Assembly: GCA_963702005.1 (NCBI GenBank)
Contig: OY969696.1
Span: 3,520,001-3,584,000 of the forward strand
Direction: 5' to 3'
Length of the DNA: 64,000 nucleotides
Source: Candidatus Aminicenantes bacterium
Lineage (GTDB): Bacteria; Acidobacteriota; Aminicenantia; Aminicenantales; JAFGBC01
The notes under the pieces were generated by a model. It did not search any database. It saw only the letters and a program-made list of their open reading frames with translations, and was not told the DNA's origin. Below, one piece after another: positions 1 to 9,555 of this stretch; the stretch's first letter is position 1; every line of letters begins with the position of its first letter. The position numbers and the translations under genes are program-made.

Positions 1-1577
1 ATGACGGCCACGAAGTTGAGGAGGGCTCGCGTCAAGGACGGCGCGGGCCCGAAGGCGTACCAAACGACGAAGGTCACGACGGCGATCGAAATCACGACCG
101 GAACGAAATAGCTCGCGATGACATCGGCCAGTCGCTGGATGGGCGCCTTGGACCCCTGGGCTTCCTGGACGAGCCGGATGATCTGGGCCAGAACCGTATC
201 CTTCCCGATCTTGGTCGCCTCGAACTTGAAGCTCCCCGTTTTATTGATGGTCGCGCCGATGACCTCGTCGCCCAGCTTTTTCTCGGCCGGGATGCTCTCC
301 CCGCTGATCATGGATTCGTCGACCGCGGAGCGGCCCTCCCGGACGACCCCGTCCACGGGGATCCGTTCGCCCGGCCGGACGACGACCAGGTCGCCGGCAA
401 CGACCTCGGCGATCGGGATGTCCCGCTCGACGCCCTCCCGGATGACGCGGGCCGTCTTGGGCTGAAGGCCGGCGAGTTTCCTGACGGCTTCGGACGTGCG
501 GGCCTTGGCCCGGGCCTCGAGCCAGCGGCCGAACAGGATGAGGACGATGATGACGGCAGCCGTGTCGAAGTAGACGTCGGGCGCGACGCCGGCCGCGCGG
601 AAAAAGGACGGGAAGAGGGTCGCGGCGGCGCTGTAGAGGTAGGCCGCCAGGGTCCCGACCGAGATGAGGGTGTTCATGTCGGCCGTTCGGTGGCGGAGGG
701 ACTTCCAGGCTCCGCGGTGGAATTGCCAGCCGATCAGGAATTCGACGGGCGTCGTCAGAATCCAGAGGACGAAAGCGTTGGCGAGGAAAGGCGGAATCCA
801 GGGAAATACATGATGCATGTTTCCGAAGAAGATGGGGACGGCAAGGACGGCGCCCGCGACGAGCTTTCTGGTCAGGACTTTATATTCTTTTTCCCTGACC
901 AGGCGCTCGACGTCCTCCGCTTCGGCCGCCTCCCCCGTGTCAAGGACCTTATAGCCCGCGGACTCGACGGCGGCCTTGAGGTCGGCGGCGGTCAGGCGGG
1001 ACGGCAGGTATTCGACCCTCGCTTTCCCGGTAGCCAGGTTGACCGAAGCCTTGAGGACTCCGTCTCTGGCCCGAAGGGCCTTCTCGACCCGGGCGACGCA
1101 GGAGGCGCATTCCATTCCGGCGACGGACAGGTCGATCTTGGCCGTGGCCACATCATAGCCCTTGTCGCGGACGGCACCGATGAGGTCGTTGAGCTTGACG
1201 AGCCGGGGATTGAAAAGAACGGTCGCCCGATTCGAGGCCGCGTTGACGCTGGCCTTATCGACTCCCTCGAGGCGGCTCAATCCCTCTTCGATATTGATCG
1301 CGCAGCTGGCGCAGTGCATCCCGACGACGGGGAGGTCGATTCGCTCGCTCCCGGCGGCTTTCTCCGGTTCCTTGGCCGTCGGCGGCTCGGTCACAGGGAT
1401 TAAGGGGCCGGGCATTCCTCCGGGCGCGTATCCCGACGCCAGATATTTATCCGGATCTTTCTCAAAGGCCGATTTGCAGCCCTGGGAACAGAAATAATAG
1501 GTCCGTCCTTTATAAACCGACGAACCGGCGGCTTTTCGTTCATCGATTTCCATTCCGCAGACCGGATCGCGCGCCAT
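1..1577 (-). CDS. copA: Cu(I)-type P1B ATPase with N-terminal YHS and two HMA domains (runs off the window start)
   Basis: Manual translation from ATG 1577: [34 protein letters not shown] (YHS), then MHCASC and [33 protein letters not shown]; GAGGAG SD upstream. Absent from the ORF track because it is truncated. Confidence 0.93.
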   Translation of the reverse strand, partial: MARDPVCGMEIDERKAAGSSVYKGRTYYFCSQGCKSAFEKDPDKYLASGYAPGGMPGPLIPVTEPPTAKEPEKAAGSERIDLPVVGMHCASCAINIEEGLSRLEGVDKASVNAASNRATVLFNPRLVKLNDLIGAVRDKGYDVATAKIDLSVAGMECASCVARVEKALRARDGVLKASVNLATGKARVEYLPSRLTAADLKAAVESAGYKVLDTGEAAEAEDVERLVREKEYKVLTRKLVAGAVLAVPIFFGNMHHVFPWIPPFLANAFVLWILTTPVEFLIGWQFHRGAWKSLRHRTADMNTLISVGTLAAYLYSAAATLFPSFFRAAGVAPDVYFDTAAVIIVLILFGRWLEARAKARTSEAVRKLAGLQPKTARVIREGVERDIPIAEVVAGDLVVVRPGERIPVDGVVREGRSAVDESMISGESIPAEKKLGDEVIGATINKTGSFKFEATKIGKDTVLAQIIRLVQEAQGSKAPIQRLADVIASYFVPVVISIAVVTFVVWYAFGPAPSLTRALLNFVAV

Positions 1578-1729
1578 GGCGAACTCCTCTCAGCTTCCCT
1601 CAGAACAAACGTCGGCCCCCCCCCACGGACACCGTCTTGCGTGAATCGGTTCCTCGAAACGAAGGCTCCGATCCGGGCTCGGTCGCCCCTGTGCCGGAAC
1701 CGTCCGCTGTGAAACCGCGCAGGCGGATG

Positions 1730-1948
1730 TCACTCGGCCTTGGGTGCCGCCTTTTTCAAAGTCGAAATTTTAAGGGGGATATAGAGCGGACAGAAGCCGA
1801 TCGCCGCCGTGAGGACGAAGATGACCGCAAACACTCCGATAATTATGGCCAGGGTTCCCTCGACCATGTGGGAATAGATCATGCCAGCCGCGGCGATAGC
1901 CAGAATGAGACGGATGATTCGGTCCAACGCTCCCATGTTCTTTTTCAT
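1730..1948 (-). CDS. DUF2892/YgaP-like small membrane protein
   Basis: MKKNMGALDRIIR...GFCPLY signature, two TM helices, AAGGAGGT SD. Confidence 0.88.
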   Translation of the reverse strand: MKKNMGALDRIIRLILAIAAAGMIYSHMVEGTLAIIIGVFAVIFVLTAAIGFCPLYIPLKISTLKKAAPKAE

Positions 1949-2170
1949 GTCTCGACACCTCCTTTAGGATTGGATTTTAGTATATCGGAATAGCCATATT
2001 CCGGCAACCCGCCTCGGGCCGGCGCATTTGGCGTCTCCGATTTCTCCCACGACATCGGATTCAATAATGAGTTTGATCTGACCTTGGGGGCCGAGAGCCT
2101 CCCTTTCGCGATAGTCCGTGGAGAGATCAAGCGGCCATTCTCATGCTATAATTGAGGGGCGGGCGGCTCG

Positions 2171-3778
2171 ATGAAACACTCCAGGAGAGTCCGGCGAAGC
2201 GGATCCTTGCTTGACCTGAGCTTGGGGACCGCCCTGTCGCTCGGCATCTCCTTGGCGCTCCCGGCGCTCGCCTCCCAAGATCAACTCCATCACGAAACTA
2301 TCGTCACGGCGGTTGAGGTGCCGGTGCGGGTCCTGCGAAGCGGCGAAGCCGTAAAGGGCCTGACCAGGGACGATTTCGAAGTCTACGAGAACGGCGTCAA
2401 GCAGCAGATCTCCGGGTTTGAAATCATCTCGCGGAAGATCGCCGGGACGGCGAAAGAGGCTGCGCTCCCGACGGCCTCTTTGCCACCCAAACCACGCCTG
2501 TTCGTCCTGATTTTCGATATCTTCGACTACAACGACGCCATCGGAGAAGCCATCGATTATTTCTTCCAGACCGTCTTCCAGCCCACGGACCAGATCCTGG
2601 TGATGACCGAAAACCGCTTCCTGATTGTCGAAATGGGCAAGAATCCCGATGATCTCAAGGCCGAGATCAAAGAAACGCTCAAGCAATACAAGAAGGTCTC
2701 CATCAATAACCTTCAGAAGGCCTACATGGACGTGGACGAGGAATGCCAGCGATTGCTGGATGAGATCTCGGACCCAGCAACTGGTTATCAGGGAACTGGG
2801 GGGGGTGGAGACTGGTATCAGTCGATCAGCCGCTTCTACGAACATTATTCGAGAATCTGGACCACTTACCGGGATCGATTCCTCGTGCCCGATTTGGCCA
2901 TGTTCCAGGCGCTTCTCAAGAGGATCAAACCGGTCCAAGCCGATAAATGGGCCATCTGTTTCCAGCAGCGGGAGCTTTTTCCCGAACTCAAGAGCCAGGG
3001 GCGGCTGGAGCGGCGAATCAACGAGATGCTCGATTTCAATATCGATCCGGTGGGGCAGGCCTTGGCCGAACTCGTGAGGAGGCAGCAACGAAGGCTCCAC
3101 GAATTATTAGCGGTCTCGAAAACATTCCCCGCCGAGCAGTTGAAGAACCTCTTTCTCGAGGCCGGGGTCACCTTTCATCTCATCCTGATGAAAGTCACCA
3201 AGATCACCCAATCGCAGGATCTGGACTTACAAGAGGTCGCCGAGGACTATGAGGATTGTTTCAGAAACATCAGCCGCTCGACGGGAGGGTATTTGACGTT
3301 TTCCAACAAGGTGCTGGATGCGCTCAAAAACGCGGCCGAGACGGAGGACTATCACTATCTCCTGGCCTATCAATCCCGGGCGCCGCTCGACGAGCGCGGA
3401 AAGAACATCGAAGTCAAGGTCCGGCCGGCCGGAGTCCAGGTCTACAGCCTCAAGCATTTTCAGAAATTGGGAGAACGCGCCATAACGATCGCCGCGGTTC
3501 AAACGGAGAGGATGACGCTCAAATTCGAGCTCAAGGACTACACGATCATGGCGACCGACAAAGGATCGCAGGGGATCGCCGAGGTCAAGGTCACGCTGTA
3601 CGACGACCGGTCGGAGCAGGCGTTCTCGGAGGCCAAGGTCTTGAATCTGCGAGAGGAAAAGACGTCCATCGTCCTCCGGCTGGATCAGCTCAGGCCAGGG
3701 ACCTATTTCCTGATCATCGAAGCCTGGGACCGGATCACGAACGAAAAAGACGTTCAGTCCCGGATCGTCGAATTTTAA
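2171..3778 (+). CDS. Secreted VWFA-related (acidobacterial-type) protein with C-terminal Ig-like domain
   Basis: Signal peptide; VEVPVRV...VKGLTRDDFEVYENG motif; TGG and YLLAY motifs. Confidence 0.7.
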   Translation: MKHSRRVRRSGSLLDLSLGTALSLGISLALPALASQDQLHHETIVTAVEVPVRVLRSGEAVKGLTRDDFEVYENGVKQQISGFEIISRKIAGTAKEAALPTASLPPKPRLFVLIFDIFDYNDAIGEAIDYFFQTVFQPTDQILVMTENRFLIVEMGKNPDDLKAEIKETLKQYKKVSINNLQKAYMDVDEECQRLLDEISDPATGYQGTGGGGDWYQSISRFYEHYSRIWTTYRDRFLVPDLAMFQALLKRIKPVQADKWAICFQQRELFPELKSQGRLERRINEMLDFNIDPVGQALAELVRRQQRRLHELLAVSKTFPAEQLKNLFLEAGVTFHLILMKVTKITQSQDLDLQEVAEDYEDCFRNISRSTGGYLTFSNKVLDALKNAAETEDYHYLLAYQSRAPLDERGKNIEVKVRPAGVQVYSLKHFQKLGERAITIAAVQTERMTLKFELKDYTIMATDKGSQGIAEVKVTLYDDRSEQAFSEAKVLNLREEKTSIVLRLDQLRPGTYFLIIEAWDRITNEKDVQSRIVEF

Positions 3779-3958
3779 ACGCGCCGGGGCTAAGCCGAAG
3801 GGTATGGACGGACATCCCCGCGGACCGGCTTTTGTCGGCCTACATACCGCAGATAGGATCTATCGCCACGCCGAATTCACTTGGCCTTGGGCGCGGCGTC
3901 CTTCGGCGTCGAGGTTTTTAGGAGGAGGCAGTTTGCGATTTCAGCTTGAAAGCGCAGA

Positions 3959-5218
3959 TTACCTAATATAGGGTTCCCCGGGCCGCAATCCGGATGAGGT
4001 CAGCGGCACGCCCCGGACCCGCTGGCCGTAGATATCGAGGGAATTCGGGTAACCTTCGAGATAGCTCCAGATCAACATGAATTCCTTCGGCAATGGGCTG
4101 TAGCCCAGAAAGACAGCGCTGCGATGGATCCTTCCATCCTGGGAACTGCCTGAAAAAGGAAAACCGATGTGCTGGAAACGACTGTCGATCCGCCGGAGTA
4201 ATAACCCTGTCCCTCCGCCTTTATAAACAAGATATCCGATAAGAAATGTCCCTGTGAGGGGGTTGGCCGCTGCGGAGAATGTATAATCCTCCAAATTTAG
4301 ATTTCCCAAAGAAACAACGCTGGTTTTGGGGGTTCCGTCCGGAGCTATGCCCCTGGCCTTCACTTCGCCCTTATTATTCCACAGAATCACGAATCGCGCT
4401 TTATTTTGGTCATAAAGCACAACCGGACTTGGGTGCACAGATGTTGTATCTTCGACTTTATAAACCGGACCCAGTGTTTTGAGATCAGCTGTTACAGTAC
4501 GGTAACTCACCAAACTCGGCTCCAGGCCAAGGAATCCCCAAGCCACCAGATACCGGTTGTTTTGAGGATCGTAAGCGATATCCGTGGCGCTCGTTGAGTT
4601 CGTTGCGGGTGAATTCAACCGCCGCTCCTTGCCTAAGATCTGTCCCTGGGCATCAAGCCGCTGCAAAAAAAGAACAGGCGGTTTTTGAGGATCCGGATAA
4701 TACGAATAGAATAGAACGTACTGATTGTCTTTACTGTTGTAAAGGAGATTCCGAAAATAAATGCCTTTGTTTAAAATCACCCAACTAGTGCCGATCTCCC
4801 GGCCGGTCGAGGATACAAACTGGCCGCGCACCTCAAAGGCAACAGGATTGTATTTCGGATTACCGAAAACCGAGGACCAGACGACGAGATACCGTTGATC
4901 GACGGAGTTGAAAACGACCCGAGAAACCCTGTCTTCACGCGGCTGCCCGGGAATGCTCCCGCCTTGGAAGCTCAGCAGCGGACCCTTTTTGCCGCCGTGC
5001 GGGCCGAAGAGCCGGCCGTAGACTCTATTGTTCGATTTGGTCCAGGGCAGGAAGTAGTTTCCTTCGACCGTATCCACGGCAAAGCTATAAATGAACTGAC
5101 CTTGCGGTTCAACAACAAAAGGAATCCGGATGCCGATGAGCTGCGTCATATCCAAGCCGGTGTCCGCAATTGAGAGGAAATTTAGGCTCAACGTCATGGC
5201 TATGATTAGGTAATTCAT
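3959..5218 (-). CDS. Secreted hypothetical protein, probable beta-propeller
   Basis: Repeated AYDPQNNRYLVAW, FNSVDQRYLVVW and DIYGQRV blade-like motifs; signal-like N-terminus; GGGAGAGG SD. Confidence 0.65.
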   Translation of the reverse strand: MNYLIIAMTLSLNFLSIADTGLDMTQLIGIRIPFVVEPQGQFIYSFAVDTVEGNYFLPWTKSNNRVYGRLFGPHGGKKGPLLSFQGGSIPGQPREDRVSRVVFNSVDQRYLVVWSSVFGNPKYNPVAFEVRGQFVSSTGREIGTSWVILNKGIYFRNLLYNSKDNQYVLFYSYYPDPQKPPVLFLQRLDAQGQILGKERRLNSPATNSTSATDIAYDPQNNRYLVAWGFLGLEPSLVSYRTVTADLKTLGPVYKVEDTTSVHPSPVVLYDQNKARFVILWNNKGEVKARGIAPDGTPKTSVVSLGNLNLEDYTFSAAANPLTGTFLIGYLVYKGGGTGLLLRRIDSRFQHIGFPFSGSSQDGRIHRSAVFLGYSPLPKEFMLIWSYLEGYPNSLDIYGQRVRGVPLTSSGLRPGEPYIR

Positions 5219-5237
5219 GGCCTCTCCCAAGAAAAAT

Positions 5238-6485
5238 CTAATTATTAAGAATAAGAAAAGCTATTCTAGGGGTCCACAAGGTGCTGTCTCCAACCGTGTT
5301 CCGAGTCACATTGAGATAAATGTTGGAACCCGTAGGATATTGAGTCGTTCCCAGATAGCCGATGTACTGATAACCGCAATCCGGAGGATTAGGGGGATTG
5401 CTACAGGAGGATGGCGGCTGCCTCACATAAACGTTGGACCACCCATTCTGATTAGTAATCGCCGGCTCGATCTGGGTTCCTTCGTTCCATTCGTTGAAAG
5501 AAATGACGTTGATGAAATGGGGTTGCGCCGACCTGGCATTAGTAAGCTCTTCATTAAAACTCCCGGTCCCATTGGGCGTGCGCACTCGGCAATAATCATT
5601 TTTTGAACGTCTCGCATTATATCCCGGAGCGACGCCTGCGGAATACATCCAGTTATCCTGCGTCGCCCAGGCATCGTTTGATCTGTCGTTATAATAAGCA
5701 GCCGAATGTAAAACTGTTGGAGAGTATGTATAGCTGCCGTCGAATCCGTTGTCCGTTACGCTCGAGAATGAAGTGGCACCATGCCCTAATACGATAAATG
5801 GCTCAGGCTGCCAGCTTCTTTTATCAGCACGAAAGATACAACCCCAATCCCCCCATATCCCTTCACCACATCCCCCTGGTTGAGTATCCGGGGCAAAAAG
5901 ATAAAAAACGGGTCTATAGGCATTAGAATTATCAACATAAGTATTATATTTGACCCTGTACTGCTTCCCCTGCGTCCTGGTAAGCAGTTCTCGAATGTCC
6001 GTTTGAACTTTACTATAACTCCGACCAGAATAGTTCCTAATGCCTAGAGCGATTCGGATCGACGAACCCGTATAAAGTTGGGTCGCGATCTGTTGGATGA
6101 GGTCGAGGTTCGGCTGCCCTACCTGTCCATATGAAAGGATGGCCGCTTTTACGCCCGCCGTCGAAATATTGCTTCGATGAGCGCTCAATACCGAATTATT
6201 AGCACTCGAATATCGGCCTTGGACCGGCCAATAAACAGCTGCAATATCGTTCGGCGTTGACGCAGAGTGAGAATGCGTGCCCGACGTGCTGCCACATTGG
6301 CTTCCGGGGCTAATTTGCGGTAGCCCTCTTCCGCCATCTTGGTAATCCCAATTGCCCGGGAACCATCCGTAATAGTGGATTAGAGTGTATGGGTTGGGAG
6401 CCGACGCATACAATAATGCCACCATTACGATCACAAGGACCGCCACAAACGCTAAGGCCAATCTAATTATAGTCTTATTGTTCAT
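5238..6485 (-). CDS. Glycoside hydrolase family 99-like (endo-alpha-mannosidase-type) secreted protein
   Basis: HYYGWF, YWPVQGRYSS, FDGSYTY, VAPGY and ISFNEWNEGTQIEPA (GH99 ExxE catalytic motif). Confidence 0.8.
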   Translation of the reverse strand: MNNKTIIRLALAFVAVLVIVMVALLYASAPNPYTLIHYYGWFPGNWDYQDGGRGLPQISPGSQCGSTSGTHSHSASTPNDIAAVYWPVQGRYSSANNSVLSAHRSNISTAGVKAAILSYGQVGQPNLDLIQQIATQLYTGSSIRIALGIRNYSGRSYSKVQTDIRELLTRTQGKQYRVKYNTYVDNSNAYRPVFYLFAPDTQPGGCGEGIWGDWGCIFRADKRSWQPEPFIVLGHGATSFSSVTDNGFDGSYTYSPTVLHSAAYYNDRSNDAWATQDNWMYSAGVAPGYNARRSKNDYCRVRTPNGTGSFNEELTNARSAQPHFINVISFNEWNEGTQIEPAITNQNGWSNVYVRQPPSSCSNPPNPPDCGYQYIGYLGTTQYPTGSNIYLNVTRNTVGDSTLWTPRIAFLILNN

Positions 6486-6496
6486 CGAGTTTACTC

Positions 6497-7837
6497 CTAT
6501 CTCACGACATCGATAGCCGCGGAGCAGGCGCTCGAGTTGCCGCTCGCATCGGTCGCCACATAAGTGACGACATAAGTCCTCTTCGCCTTCCCTTGAGAGA
6601 TCTCGGCCCGCAGCTTGAAATCGGTGTCGGCCGAGCGGTAGTCTTCTTCCTGAACATCTATAGGGATGTCGTCAATATCCATATTGCTTTGCGGCTGATC
6701 CGATCCGATAGAGGAAAGAAGAATGAGTGGAGCTACTCCAGAATTGTCCGTAGCGCTCAAGCTGGCATGAATGGGAACCATGCGGCGATCGGCAGGACCT
6801 ATTGTTTGTGGAGATATTTCAACCTTTAATACCGGCGGCTCGGTATCGCCGTCGCCGATATCGACTCGGGAGCTCGCATCGCTGTTGACGAACCTGCGAG
6901 TTCCGAAGACGTTATTGAGGGCCGATATGCGTCCTCCCTTGGAGTCGTTGTAAATGTCATAAACCTGATTTTCGCCGATCTCATTTTTCCCGCCGCTCCA
7001 GCCCCCGCCCCCCAGGTCGACCATCGTCCTGAGGTCTGGAGTCCCCTGATCGAACCACAGCCCCGTGACGAGGTTGTTCTCGATCTTATTCCCCTCTAGT
7101 ATGATCCTGGTGTCTTTGTCGTTCTTGTATCTGGTCCCGACATGAACTCCGTGCCGATTATTGACGACGGTACAACTAAACAGGTGGAGATCCGCCTCGG
7201 ACGTGAACACCCCGGTGAAATTATCGGTGATCTGCGAATTCGCGCAATAAACCGTTCCTGTCGTGAGGACGGCGCCGATCCCATAATGATTCCGGATAAG
7301 CGTTGTCCCATTGATCATCACAGAGGCATCGCAGACGGCCGTCTCTACCCCGACCGAGCAAGAGTCTATCGTGCAGAAATTCACCTCGACCGTCTTGGCG
7401 CCCTTCCGGATGGCAATGCCAATGGGCATCTCGACGTCCGCATTTCCCGCCTGAGACTTGTCCGGGATCAAAGTTACGTTGTCGACGGATCCCGACGCTT
7501 CAAAACGGATGATCGAAGCTTCCGACAGGCTCCCGATGATAACCGTTGTCCCGCTTGACGCACCGTGCAAATTGACCGGCCGTTTTATTCTAAGGTTTTC
7601 ATGATAGGATCCCGCCGCCACATGGATATGGGCATTCTTGGCGGCAACCGCTATGGCCTTAGAAATTGAATCGAAAGGATGCAATGATGAGCCGTCCTGT
7701 TTTCCTATTGAGCCGCTGCGGCTTACGTAGATCGTTGGCATCCCGGATCTGAGAAAGGCCCGCGTCAAGTCAGTTGACGTGAAAAAGACCAAAGCAAGAA
7801 CAAGAAAAAAGAAAAGAAGAATAAGACGCCTCATCAC
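6497..7837 (-). CDS. Secreted right-handed beta-helix protein (DUF1565-like) with C-terminal HYR/Ig-like domain
   Basis: IYVS...DGSSLHPFDSISKAI...IHVAAGSYHE, NxxGV repeats, YVATDASGNSS. Confidence 0.75.
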   Translation of the reverse strand: MMRRLILLFFFLVLALVFFTSTDLTRAFLRSGMPTIYVSRSGSIGKQDGSSLHPFDSISKAIAVAAKNAHIHVAAGSYHENLRIKRPVNLHGASSGTTVIIGSLSEASIIRFEASGSVDNVTLIPDKSQAGNADVEMPIGIAIRKGAKTVEVNFCTIDSCSVGVETAVCDASVMINGTTLIRNHYGIGAVLTTGTVYCANSQITDNFTGVFTSEADLHLFSCTVVNNRHGVHVGTRYKNDKDTRIILEGNKIENNLVTGLWFDQGTPDLRTMVDLGGGGWSGGKNEIGENQVYDIYNDSKGGRISALNNVFGTRRFVNSDASSRVDIGDGDTEPPVLKVEISPQTIGPADRRMVPIHASLSATDNSGVAPLILLSSIGSDQPQSNMDIDDIPIDVQEEDYRSADTDFKLRAEISQGKAKRTYVVTYVATDASGNSSACSAAIDVVR

Positions 7838-7900
7838 CTAACCCCCTTTCAGAAGTAAAAAAAATTCTCTAAAACCTTACCCCTCTTTCTCGTCAATTAC

Positions 7901-7930
7901 ACAATATAAACACAAACGAACCCTTGTCAA
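7901..7930 (-). promoter_or_regulatory. Putative sigma70 promoter for the 7837-3959 operon
   Basis: TTGACA at 7930-7925, then TATATT or TATTGT at 16-18 nt spacing. Confidence 0.5.
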
Positions 7931-7978
7931 GTGATAAAAATAAGGTGGATTCACGATGCCGATGCCGAGCCGTGGGAT

Positions 7979-9293
7979 TCAATGCCGGAGGAGCAGAATC
8001 TCGAAATCCGGCCCGTGTTCCCTGGCGAAATGGACGGCGTTGTAATACCATTGGCCCGGCCCCCGCTCGGCGGCGTCTGCGCGGGCCCCGCGTTCAAGGA
8101 GCAGCCTGGCCGCCTCGAATTGATTCGCTTCGGCGGCGGCGATGATCGGGGTGAGCCCGTCTCGGCAGTGCGTATCCAGGGCGGCCCTGCATCGATTAAA
8201 ACCCCCATCATCTCCAGGTCGCCGGCGAACGAGGCCTTGATCGGCGGCCCACCGCATGGCCGTGATGTCATGCGAGCCCGATCTTTCGATATCCCCGGCA
8301 GGCGCTGGGCAGACACTCGTCATCGATCACAGCGCCCTTGTCCAGAAGCAGACGGACGATGCCGGGATGGAGCCCCAAACAGGCCATGTCGAGCGGCGTC
8401 CGATTCAGTCGATCGGCGGCGTTGACGTCCGCGCCGTGATCCAGCAGGAGTCCGACCGCCTCCTCCGAACCGCTCAGGCAGGCTCCAAGGAGCGCCCTTC
8501 GCCCCTGCGGATCCATCGCGTTGACATTTATCCGGCGGGCTAGCATGAGCCTCACTTGGGCCGCGTCCCCCTGGGAGGCGAAGCGGACCAGCCTTCGGGT
8601 GTCGAGGTTGGCCAGCGTCAACGACCGGAGCACGATCAGTATGATCACCAGCGCCGAGACGGAAAGCGCGGACACGCGCAGGAACGGGCTCAGGCTCGAG
8701 CCGGCCGCGACGTGCCGGACGGGCGCCCGTTCGATCCAGTCTCCCGGCGCGGCCCGATTGACGGCTCGGGAGACCCAAGCGACGATGACCAGAAAGACGA
8801 CGACTTGGACGAGGCTCAGAGAAAAAACCCAGTCGATCGACCGGGGATCCCAAGGAAAATAAGGCCGGTAGAGGTCCGGAATCCAGTGAAGGAGGAACAG
8901 GCCGGCATTCATGGCCAGGCTGAGGAGCAGGCCGCCGAGGATGGCCTCCTTCCCCAGCACCCGCTTCCGGCGTCGACCGATATAAGGAGCGTTGTAGGCC
9001 GTGAGGGCCGCGGCGGCCGCCCCGGGAAGGCTGCCGAGCCAGAGAAAGACGATTTCGATAAGGTCGCCGATGCCTTCCGGCCCCCTGGGTCTTATATGGA
9101 ACTTCTCCTGGAAACCGGCGACCCAGGGGGTGAAGATCTGTCCGAGGTTCGCGGGAAGTTCGCCTTTGCCGATGTCCCTGGCAATGTCGAACAGCCGCAG
9201 GACCATCGGCGCCAGGATGATGATCAGCGCGATCAGGACGAAATTCCCCCAATCGCGCTTGGCTTTTAGGAAGGCCTCGCTCGTTTCCTCCAT
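7979..9293 (-). pseudogene. Membrane-anchored ankyrin-repeat protein, frameshifted at the 3' end
   Basis: TM helices then ankyrin repeats (LLLDHGADVNAAD..RTPLDMA); stop at 8268; ankyrin motifs continue in two other frames (KASFAGDLEMMGVLIDAG; DGLTPIIAAAEANQFEAARLLLERGA). Confidence 0.75.
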
Positions 9294-9324
9294 CTTGTCC
9301 TCACTATTTAATACGGATCGAGCG

Positions 9325-9490
9325 GCCGGCGCGTCGGCCTCCATCAGGAGCTCCTGAAAAGCGGCCTGAGGCGGCGCTCGGCCACAAAGGCGAGCTTCAG
9401 GTGGGCGATGAACTCCAAGTAGTCCATCACCTCCTGCCGGCCGCTGTCATCACCCTGCCGGTAGGTGATCTTGCCCTCGAGCAAGACCGG
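9325..9490 (-). mobile_element. Internally deleted IS91-like (rolling-circle) transposase remnant
   Basis: EGKITYRQG...EVMDYLEFIA joined directly to HLKLAFVAER, then PQAAFQELLMEA in a shifted frame; family assignment rests on recalled motif similarity. Confidence 0.6.
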
Positions 9491-9555
9491 TGTAAATTTG
9501 AAAAGAAGGACACACTGTCTTAGAGAAAAAGTATTAGCCAAAATAAATCCCGACC

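Noticed and set aside
1580-1729. Possible structured leader or riboswitch before copA (GGTTCC/GGAACC pairing)
   Set aside because: No recognisable riboswitch consensus; short pairings are expected at this GC content
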